Source: Kofleriaceae bacterium (GTDB lineage: Bacteria > Myxococcota_A > Polyangia > Haliangiales > Haliangiaceae). Taken from it: a DNA stretch of 64,000 nucleotides. The notes under the pieces are model-generated. The model was not told the DNA's origin, ran no database searches, and saw only the letters and a program-made list of their open reading frames with translations. The stretch is from positions 32,001-96,000 of the forward strand of contig CBDCCZ010000042.1 of assembly GCA_965215005.1 (NCBI GenBank). The letters run 5' to 3'. Each line of letters starts with the position of its first letter. Position 1 is the stretch's first letter. A program made the translations under genes and the position numbers. Below, one piece after another: positions 19,974 through 30,204 of the stretch.

Positions 19974-22869
19974 CGATGATGTCGCCGACTCTGATGTCGT
20001 TGAAGTTGTCGACCATGATGCCGCACTCGTAGCCCTGCGCGACCTCGGAGACATCTTCCTTGAAGCGCCGCAAGCTGCCGACGCGTCCCTCCCAAACTTG
20101 CACCGCCTCGCGCACCACCCGGATGAGCGACTTGCGTTGGATTTTGCCGTCGGTGACCATGACACCGGCGACCGTGCCTTGCTTGGGAATGCCGAAGGTC
20201 TCGCGCACTTCCGCTTGGCCCAGTGGCACCTCGCGCTTGATAGGCGCGAGCAGCCCGGCCATCGCGGAACGAACATCGTCGATGGCGTCGTAAATCACGT
20301 CATAGAGCATGATCTCGACCCCTTCTTGCTCGGCGAGCTTGGCCGACTTTCCAGCCGGTCGCACGTGGAAGCCGATGATGATGGCGCCGCCGGCCTTGGC
20401 CAAGTTGACGTCAGTCTCGGTGATCCCGCCGACGCCCGCTTGGATGACGTTGACCTTGACCTTGTCGGTGGACTGCTTGATGAGCGCCGCCTTGACCGCC
20501 TCGGCCGAGCCTTGAACGTCGGTCTTGAGAACCACCTTGAGCTCTTTGGCACCCTCTTGGATCCGCTCCATGAGGTTCTCGAGCGACACCTTACCCGTGG
20601 AGGCGAGCTCCTTCTTGCGACGCGCCTGGCGGCGATACTCGACCACTTGCTTGGCGGTCTTCTCGTCGTCGGCGACGTTGAGGGTCTCGCCAGCCTCGGG
20701 AACACCGTCCAGACCGAGCAGCTCGACCGGCGTGCTGGGGCCAACCTCTTTGATCGGCCGCCCGGTTTGGTCGAGCATTGCTCGAACCTTGCCGTAGAAT
20801 TGGCCGGCAACCACCACGTCGCTGGCGCGCAACGTGCCTTCTTGAATCAACACGGTAGCCATGGGTCCCCGTGCGCGGTCGAGCTTGGCCTCGATAACGA
20901 TGCCCTGGGCCGACTTGTTGGGGTTTGCCCGAAGCTCCATCACCTCCGCCTGAACCGCTAGCGACTCGAGGAGCTTGTCGACGTTCTCGCCGGTGTGTGC
21001 CGAGACATCGACATAGATCGTGTCACCGCCCCACTCCTCCGCGATGAGCCCGTGATCCGCCAGCTGCTGCCGGCACCGATCAGGCTGTGCATCGGGAAGA
21101 TCGATCTTGTTGACCGCCACCAAGATCGGCACCTTGGCGTCCTTGGCGTGGTTGAGCGCCTCAATCGTCTGCGGCATCACGCCATCGTTGGCGGCAACCA
21201 CCAACACCACGATGTCGGTCGCCTGGGCGCCGCGAGCGCGCATGGCGGTGAAGGCCTCGTGACCCGGCGTGTCGAGGAACACGATGTCGCCGTGCCCTCC
21301 GCCCGCGGGAATCTTGTAGGCAGCGACGTGTTGGGTGATGCCACCCGCCTCGCCCGCCGCCACACGCGCGGTACGAATATAATCGAGCAGCGACGTCTTA
21401 CCGTGATCGACATGGCCCATGATGGTGACCACCGGCGAACGCATCTGAAGATCTTCGGGCGAGTCCAACTCGCTCACGAACACCTCTGCCTCCTTGAAGG
21501 CGACGTTCTGTACCTCGTAGCCAAACTCACCGGCTAGGAGCTGCGCGGTGTCGTGATCGATGGAGGCGTTGATGTTCACGCCCACCATTCCCATGCCCCA
21601 CAGCTTCTTGAGCACCTCTTGCGCTTTGACACCCATGCCGCGCGCCAGCTCGGGAATCGCCATGGTGTCCTCCATGCGGATGACCCTCTTGTGCTCCGCC
21701 GGCGTGGTGATCTGGGTCTGCTTGCCCTTGCCCTTTTGAAAGGTCTTCTTGCGGCCGAAATCACGGCCTTTACGCCCGCCGGGACCGCCACGGCCCCGTG
21801 TCTGCTGGGCAAATCGGCCACGAATCTGGCCTTGACCCGGCGTTTGCCGCGGCGTCGGCGCCCGCTCCGTAATCTTGATGCGCTGATGCGGCAAGCTGAT
21901 GATCGAGCCCACCGCGGGCCGACCCGGCTCGCGAGCCTCGGCAACTTCTGGTTTCTCCGCCTCCTGCTTGCCGCGCTCCTCGGCTTCGCGCTCCGCAACC
22001 CGGGCCCGAGCGCGAGACAACTCGGCCTCGAAGCGAGAGCGGGCAGCGTCGGTGACCTCTTCCATGGTCTGCGGACCCTGAACGCGCACCGGCACGGCGG
22101 GCACCTCTTGACGGCGCGGGCCGCCGCTCTTTGGCTGCGGCTGCGCCGACGGTGGCCGCGGTTGTGCCTTTGCCGTTTCTTGCTTGACCACCGGACGCTC
22201 GACGGGCTTCTTGCCGGGGATCTGGACCACTGCTGGTCCAGCGACGAACACCGGCGTGCGCGGAGCTGCCGCTGAAGCGGGCTCGGAGGGCGCAGGAGAC
22301 GGGGCCGTCGCTGGGGGGTCCGATGAGGCCGCCTGATTGCGCTCGACCGGCGCATGGCCGTTGCCGCTGGAGGCCTGTGATGCCTCAGCACGGGACGTGA
22401 CTGGCTCGGCGGGCGGTGCCGCGGCGGCCGCCGCGCGCGGAGCATCCGCTTCTGGACGCGATGCGGCCGTCTGCTCCCGCGGCGTCTGGACGCTCGGCGC
22501 TGGCCTTGCTCGCTCCGGCGCCGGCTCTTCACGCCGTCGCACCGGCGCCTCGGGCGCCGCCGTCGCTCGCGTCGGTTCTCGCGGTGGCGACTGCGTCGTC
22601 TCCGCAGGCCGTCGCCTGACCACGGGCTCATCGCCGCCGCCCTTGCTGCGCCGTCGCAACACGGTGGACGAAAGCCGTTTGGTCTCGGTCTTGTCCAGAC
22701 GCTCTTTTTCGAGTGAACGCTTCACTCGCACGACGTCGTCAGCATCTAACGATGACATGTGGTTATTGACCTCGAGACCGAGGGCCCGAATCTTGGCGAT
22801 GAGCTCCTTGTTGGGAACTCCTATCTCACGGGCAATCTCGTAGACGCGCATCTTCGCTCCGCTGCTCAT
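19933..22869 (-). CDS. infB: Translation initiation factor IF-2
   Basis: [11 protein letters not shown]-domain, long Pro/Ala-rich linker, [51 protein letters not shown]. Confidence 0.97.
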   Translation of the reverse strand: MSSGAKMRVYEIAREIGVPNKELIAKIRALGLEVNNHMSSLDADDVVRVKRSLEKERLDKTETKRLSSTVLRRRSKGGGDEPVVRRRPAETTQSPPREPTRATAAPEAPVRRREEPAPERARPAPSVQTPREQTAASRPEADAPRAAAAAAPPAEPVTSRAEASQASSGNGHAPVERNQAASSDPPATAPSPAPSEPASAAAPRTPVFVAGPAVVQIPGKKPVERPVVKQETAKAQPRPPSAQPQPKSGGPRRQEVPAVPVRVQGPQTMEEVTDAARSRFEAELSRARARVAEREAEERGKQEAEKPEVAEAREPGRPAVGSIISLPHQRIKITERAPTPRQTPGQGQIRGRFAQQTRGRGGPGGRKGRDFGRKKTFQKGKGKQTQITTPAEHKRVIRMEDTMAIPELARGMGVKAQEVLKKLWGMGMVGVNINASIDHDTAQLLAGEFGYEVQNVAFKEAEVFVSELDSPEDLQMRSPVVTIMGHVDHGKTSLLDYIRTARVAAGEAGGITQHVAAYKIPAGGGHGDIVFLDTPGHEAFTAMRARGAQATDIVVLVVAANDGVMPQTIEALNHAKDAKVPILVAVNKIDLPDAQPDRCRQQLADHGLIAEEWGGDTIYVDVSAHTGENVDKLLESLAVQAEVMELRANPNKSAQGIVIEAKLDRARGPMATVLIQEGTLRASDVVVAGQFYGKVRAMLDQTGRPIKEVGPSTPVELLGLDGVPEAGETLNVADDEKTAKQVVEYRRQARRKKELASTGKVSLENLMERIQEGAKELKVVLKTDVQGSAEAVKAALIKQSTDKVKVNVIQAGVGGITETDVNLAKAGGAIIIGFHVRPAGKSAKLAEQEGVEIMLYDVIYDAIDDVRSAMAGLLAPIKREVPLGQAEVRETFGIPKQGTVAGVMVTDGKIQRKSLIRVVREAVQVWEGRVGSLRRFKEDVSEVAQGYECGIMVDNFNDIRVGDIIEAYEIVEEAARLD

Positions 22870-23213
22870 CGTTGACTCGAACGTCCCTCTCGCTGGTTGA
22901 GAACAAGCTGCTTGAGACCTGCGACGTCCTTCTCCGGGATAGCGGCTCGCAGCGCGCGAGCCAGCCCACCGCGCTGTAAGGCGCGATCGACGCAGGTCTC
23001 TTCGGTGCACACGTAAGCGCCGCGGCCCGGCCTTCGACGGGCCGGGTCTGCAACCACGTGCCCTCGCGATACCACGACGCGTAACAGCGCTTGTTGGCGC
23101 CGCCGCGTGCGACAGCCGACGCAGGTGCGAATCGGCTGGTGGTCCGTGGGCGTAGGGGTGGCGGAAACATGGGGCTGCTCAGTGGCTAGTCTGCCGGGTT
23201 CGATGGTTCTCAA
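22866..23213 (-). CDS. ylxR: YlxR/DUF448 family RNA-binding protein
   Basis: PIRTCVGCR...LLRVV...GRGAYVC...C; between nusA and infB; start uncertain. Confidence 0.85.
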   Translation of the reverse strand: MRTIEPGRLATEQPHVSATPTPTDHQPIRTCVGCRTRRRQQALLRVVVSRGHVVADPARRRPGRGAYVCTEETCVDRALQRGGLARALRAAIPEKDVAGLKQLVLNQREGRSSQR

Positions 23214-23246
23214 CGCTTCCTTATCAGCTAAATTGGTCGCTCACGG

Positions 23247-24896
23247 CTAGGCGTCGTAAGCCTCGCTGGCCTGCGCCTCGCTGCCGAGACGTTCCTCGAT
23301 CTCGTGGGTCATGGGCTCTGGTGCCTCGGGGCTTTTTTCGCCCAGCCAAACCTGGGCCCAATGCTGCAATTTGGCAAGCTCGTCGGCGGGGATGTTGCTA
23401 CTCGTCGCGAGCTCGTGCAGCTCGCGACTGCGTGCCAACTCCTCCACGGAGCCGCAGCCGGCGTCAAGAAGCCGGGAAACATGCTCTTGACTCACGCCGC
23501 GAACCTCTAGGAGCTTCTCTTCCGCGGTCAGGGCGGCACGGCGCTCGTTCTCTCGCCGCGTCGCCTCGTGGCGCTTCTTCTCCTCGGCGAGATAGCGGCG
23601 CGCTCCTTCGACGATGCGCGCGCCACCCTCGGCGCCACCGGCGCCAGGCACCGCGCCGACCTCTTCGGCCGACGCTCGCGAAATTTCGGCAACCGACCGC
23701 CAGCCCAAGCGAAACAAGGTCTCCGCCAGCTCGCCGCCGATCTCGTCCACAGAGCCGATTTGACTCTTGGCGCGCCGCTCGAGCTCCTGAATCTTGGACT
23801 CGGAATGTATGTCGATTCGCCAGCCACTCAGCTGCGAGGCCAATCGGACGTTCTGGCCTTTTTTGCCGATGGCGAGCGAGAGCTTGTCGTCGGGAACGAT
23901 GAGCTCCATACGATGGCCCTCCGCGTCGATGATGACGCGAGAGACCTCCGCGGGTGCGATCGCGTTGCACACGAACCGCGCCGGGTCATCGTCGTACGGG
24001 ACGATGTCGATCTTTTCCCCGCGCAGCTCTTGCACCACCGCTTGCACGCGCGAGCCCTTCATGCCCACGCAGGCGCCGACTGGGTCGACGTCGCGGTCAC
24101 GAGACGAGACGGCGATCTTGGCGCGCGCCCCCGGCTCACGTGCCGACGATTCGATACGGACGATCTTTTCGTAGATCTCCGGCACTTCCTGCTCGAACAA
24201 CTTCTCGAGCAGGCCTTTGTGCCCGCGCGATAAAATGATTTGTGGGCCGCGTGCGTTGCGGTCGATGTCGAGAACGTAGGCTTTGATGCTGTCGCCGGAT
24301 CGATACGACTCACGCGGCACCTGCTCACGAGTGGGCAGAATGGCCTCGGCACGCCCCAGATCGACGACGAGGTTGCCGCGCTCGAAGCGGCGAACGATGC
24401 CGGTGATCAGCTCGCCCTTGCGATCCTTGTACTCGTTGAAGACGTTGTCGCGCTCGGCCTCACGCACCCGGCTGATAGATCACCTGTTTGGCGGTTTGCG
24501 CGGCGATCCGGCCAAAGTAGCGATGCGCGTTCTTGAGGTCGATCATGTCGCCGAACTTCTCATCCTGCTCGGCCGCGCGTTCGGCATCTTCGCCACGATA
24601 GAAGATCTGGAAGAGCAGCTCGTCGCCGAGCTCGGCTTCGAGCCCGTGCTCATTAGCCTGCGCAAGAGTGATTTTCGCGCCCCTCCTCGGGATCATCTTC
24701 GACGACGTTGACGATCAAGAACAGGTCGACGCCGCCGGTCTCTTCGTTTGTACTGCGCCTCCATCTCACGGAACGTTCCGAAGGTCTTCTTCGCCGCCGT
24801 GAGAATGGCTTGCTCCAACGCCTGGACGAGAACCTTGCGCTCGATATTTTTGTCTCGACCAACTTGGTCGAGGACCATGTTCAGATTGGGCTCCAT
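23247..24896 (-). CDS. nusA: Transcription factor NusA, broken by three apparent +1 insertions; extended C-terminus
   Basis: [88 protein letters not shown]. Extra bases at 24747-49, 24672-75 and 24470-71. Confidence 0.94.
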
Positions 24897-24963
24897 GTCG
24901 CTAAGCCCTCTTTCCAGCCTTCCCGTTCGCGATGCCGTGCGGATACTGGATCAGACCAAGGTT

Positions 24964-25455
24964 TCACAGCAATGCCTCCCAGTCGGGAACGAGCTTTGCC
25001 GTGACGATGTCGTCGAGGGGAAGCTGGTAACGCTTGTCATCGACGACCATGGTGAGAACACCTTGATCGATCTCTTCGAGACGGCCGCGGAAGTTGCGGC
25101 GCCCATCGACTCCCTCATGCAGCGACACCCGCGCCTCTTTGCCGCAATACTGGCGAAAGTGCTCTTCCGTGCGCAGCGGTCGGTCGATGCCAGGACTTGA
25201 AACCTCCAGGCTATATGCCTGGGAAATGGGATCAGCCACGTCGAGGACAGCCGAGAGCTCGCGACTGACCCGTTCGCAGTCTTCATGGGTGATGCCGCGC
25301 TCCGGCGGCGCGCCGGGAAGTAGATCGACGAACACTCGAAGCACCCAGCCGCCGGGCTCTCGTTTAAAGCGCAGATCGACCAGCTCGTAGCCGCCGCCTT
25401 CGCAGACGGGGCTACAGATCTCGAGGAGCTTGCTGGTCGTGTCGTCGGTATGCAT
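24964..25455 (-). CDS. rimP: Ribosome maturation factor RimP
   Basis: [36 protein letters not shown]...[14 protein letters not shown]. Confidence 0.95.
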   Translation of the reverse strand: MHTDDTTSKLLEICSPVCEGGGYELVDLRFKREPGGWVLRVFVDLLPGAPPERGITHEDCERVSRELSAVLDVADPISQAYSLEVSSPGIDRPLRTEEHFRQYCGKEARVSLHEGVDGRRNFRGRLEEIDQGVLTMVVDDKRYQLPLDDIVTAKLVPDWEALL

Positions 25456-25460
25456 CCCTA

Positions 25461-25492
25461 TAAAACAAAAGGCGGGCAAGGTGCCCACCTTT
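25461..25492 (-). promoter_or_regulatory. rimP-leader-like terminator hairpin
   Basis: Minus strand AAAGGTGGGCA-cct-TGCCCGCCTTT then TGTTTTA, ending a few nt before the rimP ATG; resembles the hairpin commonly found ahead of rimP-nusA operons. Confidence 0.65.
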
Positions 25493-25668
25493 CCGCGGAG
25501 AGCCAAATGTGGAGCAATCGGTACCATCGCCTGGCGTGAGTGGCAAGAGGAAATTCAACACCTTCGACGACTGCTCCCGATCTCCCCTGCCCTCCTCGAC
25601 GACGCGGTGATTTGGTGGTGCGAAAGGGACTCGCCCGAAGCGCTGGTTTCGGTTAAGCCGAGTCCCTG

Positions 25669-26556
25669 ATGGCGCACCAATCATTCATCGCCGCGGCCGG
25701 CCAGTTATGCTCCACCGACGACGTCGCGCGCAACCTCCAGACCTGCCGAAGGCTGGCAGCAAGCGCGGCCGAACGCGGCGCGGCGCTGCTGGTGCTGCCC
25801 GAGTGCTTTGCGTTTCTGGGCCGCCGCGAGCGCGACAAGATGGCCGTGGCCGAGCGGCTCGAGGGCGAGCCCGGCCCGATCTTGGCGACGCTCATGGAGC
25901 TGGCGCGAAACCACCAGATATGGCTACTCGGCGGCGGAATGGCCGAGCGCCTCGGCGACGACGAGCCCGGCGCGGCGACCTCGGCGTTCAACACCGCGGT
26001 TTTGATTTCGCCAACCGGTGCGCTGGTGACGCGATACCGCAAGCTGCACCTCTTCGACGTCGACATCCCGGGCGGCGCGACGTTGCGCGAGAGCGACAAC
26101 ACGATGGGCGGTGACGCCGTGGCAACGGTGGCCGACACACCGCTCGCCCGCCTCGGCCTATCGATCTGTTACGACTTGCGGTTCCCGGAGTTGTACCGGC
26201 AGATGGTGGTGCGCCAGCGCGCGCAGGTGCTCACGATCCCCGCGGCGTTCACCGCGCACACCGGCGCGGCGCACTGGCACACCCTTCTCCGTGCCCGAGC
26301 GATCGAGAATCAGGCGTACGTGATCGCAGCGGCGCAATACGGTCATCACAACGACAAGCGCCACTCCTACGGCCACAGCCTAATCATCGATCCATGGGGC
26401 GAAATCGTCGCCGAGGTCGCCGGCGACGAAGATGGCCTGGCCGTGGCAACGATTGATCTGCAGCGCGTTGCGAAGACTCGCCAGCAAATGCCGTGCCTCG
26501 AGCACCAGCGCCCTGGTGCCGTGACGACGTTTGCCAGCAATTATCGCGTTGACTGA
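25669..26556 (+). CDS. Carbon-nitrogen hydrolase (Nit1/deaminated glutathione amidase-like)
   Basis: Glu-Lys-Cys triad: VLPECF, YRKLHLFDV, SICYDLRFPELYR; AHWHTLLRARAIENQ; GHSLIIDPWG. Confidence 0.92.
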   Translation: MAHQSFIAAAGQLCSTDDVARNLQTCRRLAASAAERGAALLVLPECFAFLGRRERDKMAVAERLEGEPGPILATLMELARNHQIWLLGGGMAERLGDDEPGAATSAFNTAVLISPTGALVTRYRKLHLFDVDIPGGATLRESDNTMGGDAVATVADTPLARLGLSICYDLRFPELYRQMVVRQRAQVLTIPAAFTAHTGAAHWHTLLRARAIENQAYVIAAAQYGHHNDKRHSYGHSLIIDPWGEIVAEVAGDEDGLAVATIDLQRVAKTRQQMPCLEHQRPGAVTTFASNYRVD

Positions 26557-26689
26557 GTCAGCGTTCGGCGCGCGCGGGAGCAGCGCCGACGCGGTTGGCA
26601 ACCGGGATTTCGGCTACAGCTGCAATACCGCACGACCCACGCGGCGGCGGCCTTTCTTTCCGTCGGCACGCGCGCGTTACACAGCTGCC

Positions 26690-27120
26690 GTGGCTGTCGA
26701 TGGTGACGAAGCTCCCGTGCCCGCAAGCGATCCCGCGGCTGGGCCGCGCGCCCACGACTCGCTCGACGATGAGCCGGTGCCGCGGCTGCCGCGCGGTCGT
26801 GGCTGGCGGTTCTCCATCGCCGACGTGATCCGCATCGCCATGGTGAGCTCGCTGCTGGTCGCGGTGATCCTGTTGCAGCAGCCCTGCGCAGACAACGTCG
26901 GTCGCTTCGTCGAAAGCTTCAGTCCTCAAGACGCGGCGGTCCCGACGACCGACGATGAGCTGGTGCCGTCGGGCAACTACGTTCGCCTCAGCGGCGACAT
27001 GAGCGAGCAAGAGGTCAAGGAGGCAATCGAGCGTCTGCGCGATGCGGGGACCCACTCCTTGATGCGCGCCGGCGGTGGCCGGTGCGGCCAGACTCGCACG
27101 AGGATGACCCGGCCGGTTCT
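26690..27120 (+). CDS. Hypothetical single-pass membrane protein (3' end uncertain)
   Basis: GTG 26690; acidic N-terminus, PRLPRGRG, TM segment IAMVSSLLVAVILL. The ORF runs into recJ, so the true stop may be hidden by an indel. Confidence 0.5.
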
Positions 27121-28833
27121 CAGATCCGATGCACGGTGCGAAGCTCGAGCTCGAGGGTTCGCCGGCCGCGCCAAAGGTTTTCCGTGGGAGCGAAGGTGGC
27201 GTGGATGCTGGCGCCAACGCCAGGATCTTGCGGGCCTAGACCAAAACCAATGGCCGCGACTGAGCGCCCACTGCGGTCCGCCACCTCGAGCTTGAGGTGC
27301 GAGCCATCGCCGACGCGCCGACTCGAGCGAACCGTGAGCTCGCGGCACGCGAGCAGCGGGTCGGGATTGCCTTTGCCGAACGGCGCCAGGCTTGCGAGCT
27401 CGCGGGCGAGCTGCGCATCGATCTCGCCAAGCTCGACCTCGGCGTCGACTTCATGCGGGCGCACCTCAATGGTTTGCCGCTGCCGTTCTACCGCTGAATG
27501 GATGGCATCTCGCAGCGGCTCCAAGTGAGCACTGGCGACACTAAAGCCGGCAGCAGCGGCATGACCGCCAAACCGCTGCAGCTGCGGCGCACTGGCCCCG
27601 AGCACTTCGTATAGATCGATACCATCGATGGAGCGCGCAGAGGCCGCGGCCTTCCCCCGTGATGGGATCGACCGCGATGACGAACGCAGGCCGCTGATAG
27701 CGATCGACGAGCTTGGCGGCCACGATGCCAACCACGCCACTTGCCCAACCCCGTCCAGCGACCACCACGGCCGGGCCCGGGTCGGCATCGCCGAGCAGCG
27801 CGCTAGCTTCTTCGAGCGCGCGGGTCTTGCTCGAGGCCGCCGCTGCGCATTGGCCTCTTCGAGCCGCGCCGCGCAAAGCCATTGCGTCGTGCTCATCGGC
27901 TAGCAGCAGCGCCAGCGCCGGCTCGGCATCGCCCAGCCGGCCCGGAGCGTTGAGTCGCGGGCCGAGCTTCCAGGCGACCGTTCGCTCGTCGATCGGGCGC
28001 TCGAGGTCGACCCCCGCCGTGTGCAGTAGCGCCGCCAGACCCGGCCGCTGCCGCGACTGCATGAGCCGCAGCCCGAGCGCCGTGAGAATGCGATTCTCTC
28101 CCTGCAGCGGAACCAAGTCGCAGATGGTTCCGAGCGCGACGAGATCGAGCAGGTCACGTAGCTCCGGTTGCGGCCGATTCGCGAAATAGCCCTGCGCAAC
28201 CAGGCGCGTGCGCACCGCGGCCATGACATAGAAGGCCAAGCCCACGGACGCCATGCCGCGAAACGGAAACGTCGAGTCGTGGCGAAAGGGATTGATCAGC
28301 GCCAGCGCCGGGTGCGGCGCGCCGTCCGTTGCGGGCACCGTGTGGTGATCGACCACGACGACCTCGATGCCGAGCGCGCGAGCATGTTCGATGGCAGCGA
28401 GGTCGCTGGTACCGCAGTCGCCGGTGATGATGAGCTCGCAGCCGGCGGCATGCAGCTGCGCGGCGTCTTCGACCCCAAAGCCATACCCGGCGTCACGGCG
28501 CGCCACACGAGCCACGCACTCGATACCCGCGCCCCGAAGGTAAGAGGTCATCAGCGCCGCGGTCGTGACACCGTCGACGTCATAGTCGCCAAAGATGCCG
28601 ATGCGCTGGCCGGTCATCGCCGCCTTGACGATGCGATCGACCGCCTCCTCGAGCCCGGCCAACCCGCGCGGCACTCGCAGCGCAGCTAGCCGCGGCTCGA
28701 GGTACGCGCGCCCAGACACCGCGCAGTCAACGCCGCGAGCTGCGAGGCACCGTGCGGTAACCGGACTGATGCCGAGCGTGACGCTCAGATTCGTGACGAC
28801 GTCGGGGCTGATGGTGCGAACGGTCCAAGGCAC
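27120..28833 (-). CDS. recJ: ssDNA-specific exonuclease RecJ, with four apparent +1 insertions
   Basis: IFGDYDVDGVT, GYG, TGDCG, VDHH, DLVALGTICDLVPL.GENR, GPRLNAPGRL, GVVGIVAAKL, FGGHAAAAG, LAPFGKGNP. Extra bases near 27873, 27835, 27823 and 27642. Confidence 0.92.
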
Positions 28834-28943
28834 CGCAGCACCGTACTTGCCCCCTCTGACACGTCGGAAATAGCTCCGACCGGCAGCAACTAAGCGCACG
28901 GCGAGTCCGTGCGCCTGCTCGAGTGACCGCCGAAGGCCGGTTT

Positions 28944-30183
28944 TCAAGCCTTCCCGCGGCCCCCCGGATAGAAGCGAGCGTCAGCCCACAAGAGGAACGG
29001 TGACGCGACAAAGATCGAGGAGTACACCCCAACCACCACGCCGACGTTCATTGCGAAAGCGAAGTTCCGCACCAGTCCGGTGCCGAAGATGTTCATCATC
29101 AACGTCACCACGAACAACGTGAGGGAGGTGAGTAAGGTACGACTGAGGGTCTCGTTGAGCGAGATGTTCACCACACGCGGCAGCCGCTTATCCGTGAGCC
29201 GCCCAACGTTCTCACGAATTCGATCGAAAATGATGACCGTGTCATTGACGGAGTAGCCGATGACCGTGAGGAGCGCGGCCACGCTGGTGAGGGAAACGTC
29301 CATCCACGTCACCGCAAATACGCCAACTACCAAAATCGAGTCGTGAAGGAGCGCGATCACCGCCCCTGGCGCGTACCGAATGTCGAAACGGAACGCCAAG
29401 TATAGAAGGGATCAGCGCCACCGAGTAGAACAGCGCCTTGATGCCATCGTTGCGCAGCCGGTCACCCGCTTTGGCGCCCTACGCCATAGGCTTGAATGAC
29501 GGTCGCGTCGACGCCTGTGGCCTCTTCGAGGATCCGCTCGAACTGGCGATCGATGCCTCGAATGGCAAACTGCGCGGTGTACCTCGTCTGTCCCCGCCTC
29601 GGCGGTGCGAAAGCGCTCGCCTTGCTCACCCCAGTCTTTCATCTCCAGATCCTGCGAGGAGAAGAACTCCTTGACCGCCGCTTCGTCGAAGGCTTGCTTC
29701 GAGCGCACAAACAACCGGTCTCCCGACCACTGCGCGCTGAGGATGTCGCGACCGGTAAATTTCTCCAGAAAGGCGTCGAGAACCGCTTCAGCGCGCGCGT
29801 CCTCGAGTGCCCCGTACTCCGGCGTGCGGATCAGTAGCCCGTGAGCGGTCTTGGGCTGGCCGTCTTCGAAGACCTCCCACGTAAAATCCGAGACGTCAAA
29901 GCCGCTCATTCCGGCGTTGTTGAGCGCCTCGCGAGCCGCTCCGGGACTGATAGTGATCAACTGCTCATCTTCGCCGCGGAACTCGAACACGAGCTCCGTG
30001 CCGCCTTTTGAAGTCAATCGTCCAGTTTAGGTAGTCACCACGGACCGCCTTGTTGACGAACAACATCCCAATGCTGGCCGCGATGAGCACCACGGAAATC
30101 AGCACCCAGGTCCTCGTCCGGCCGACGAACTCGAAGTTGCTCCCTGGCTTGACCAGCTCGCGAAATGGCTTGTGTGTTGCCAT
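28944..30183 (-). CDS. secF: Protein translocase subunit SecF, with four apparent +1 insertions
   Basis: IDFKGGT, YLAFRF, ALLHD, AALLTVIGYSVNDTVIIFDRIREN, ETLSRTLLTS, GVYSSIFVASP. Extra bases at 30006-09, 29582-83, about 29477, and 29408-10. Confidence 0.92.
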
Positions 30184-30204
30184 AGGTACCCTCTTCGTCT
30201 CGGG

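Noticed and set aside
21900..22700. Low-complexity Pro/Ala/Arg region in infB as a foreign insertion
   Set aside because: Long disordered N-terminal linkers are normal for IF-2 in high-GC bacteria.
25613..25678. Possible tRNA upstream of rimP (minus strand ends ...CGAGTCCCTTTCGCACCACCA)
   Set aside because: Only 66 nt, with no TTC T-loop, no matching T-stem and no D or anticodon arms. Kept only as a hairpin finding.
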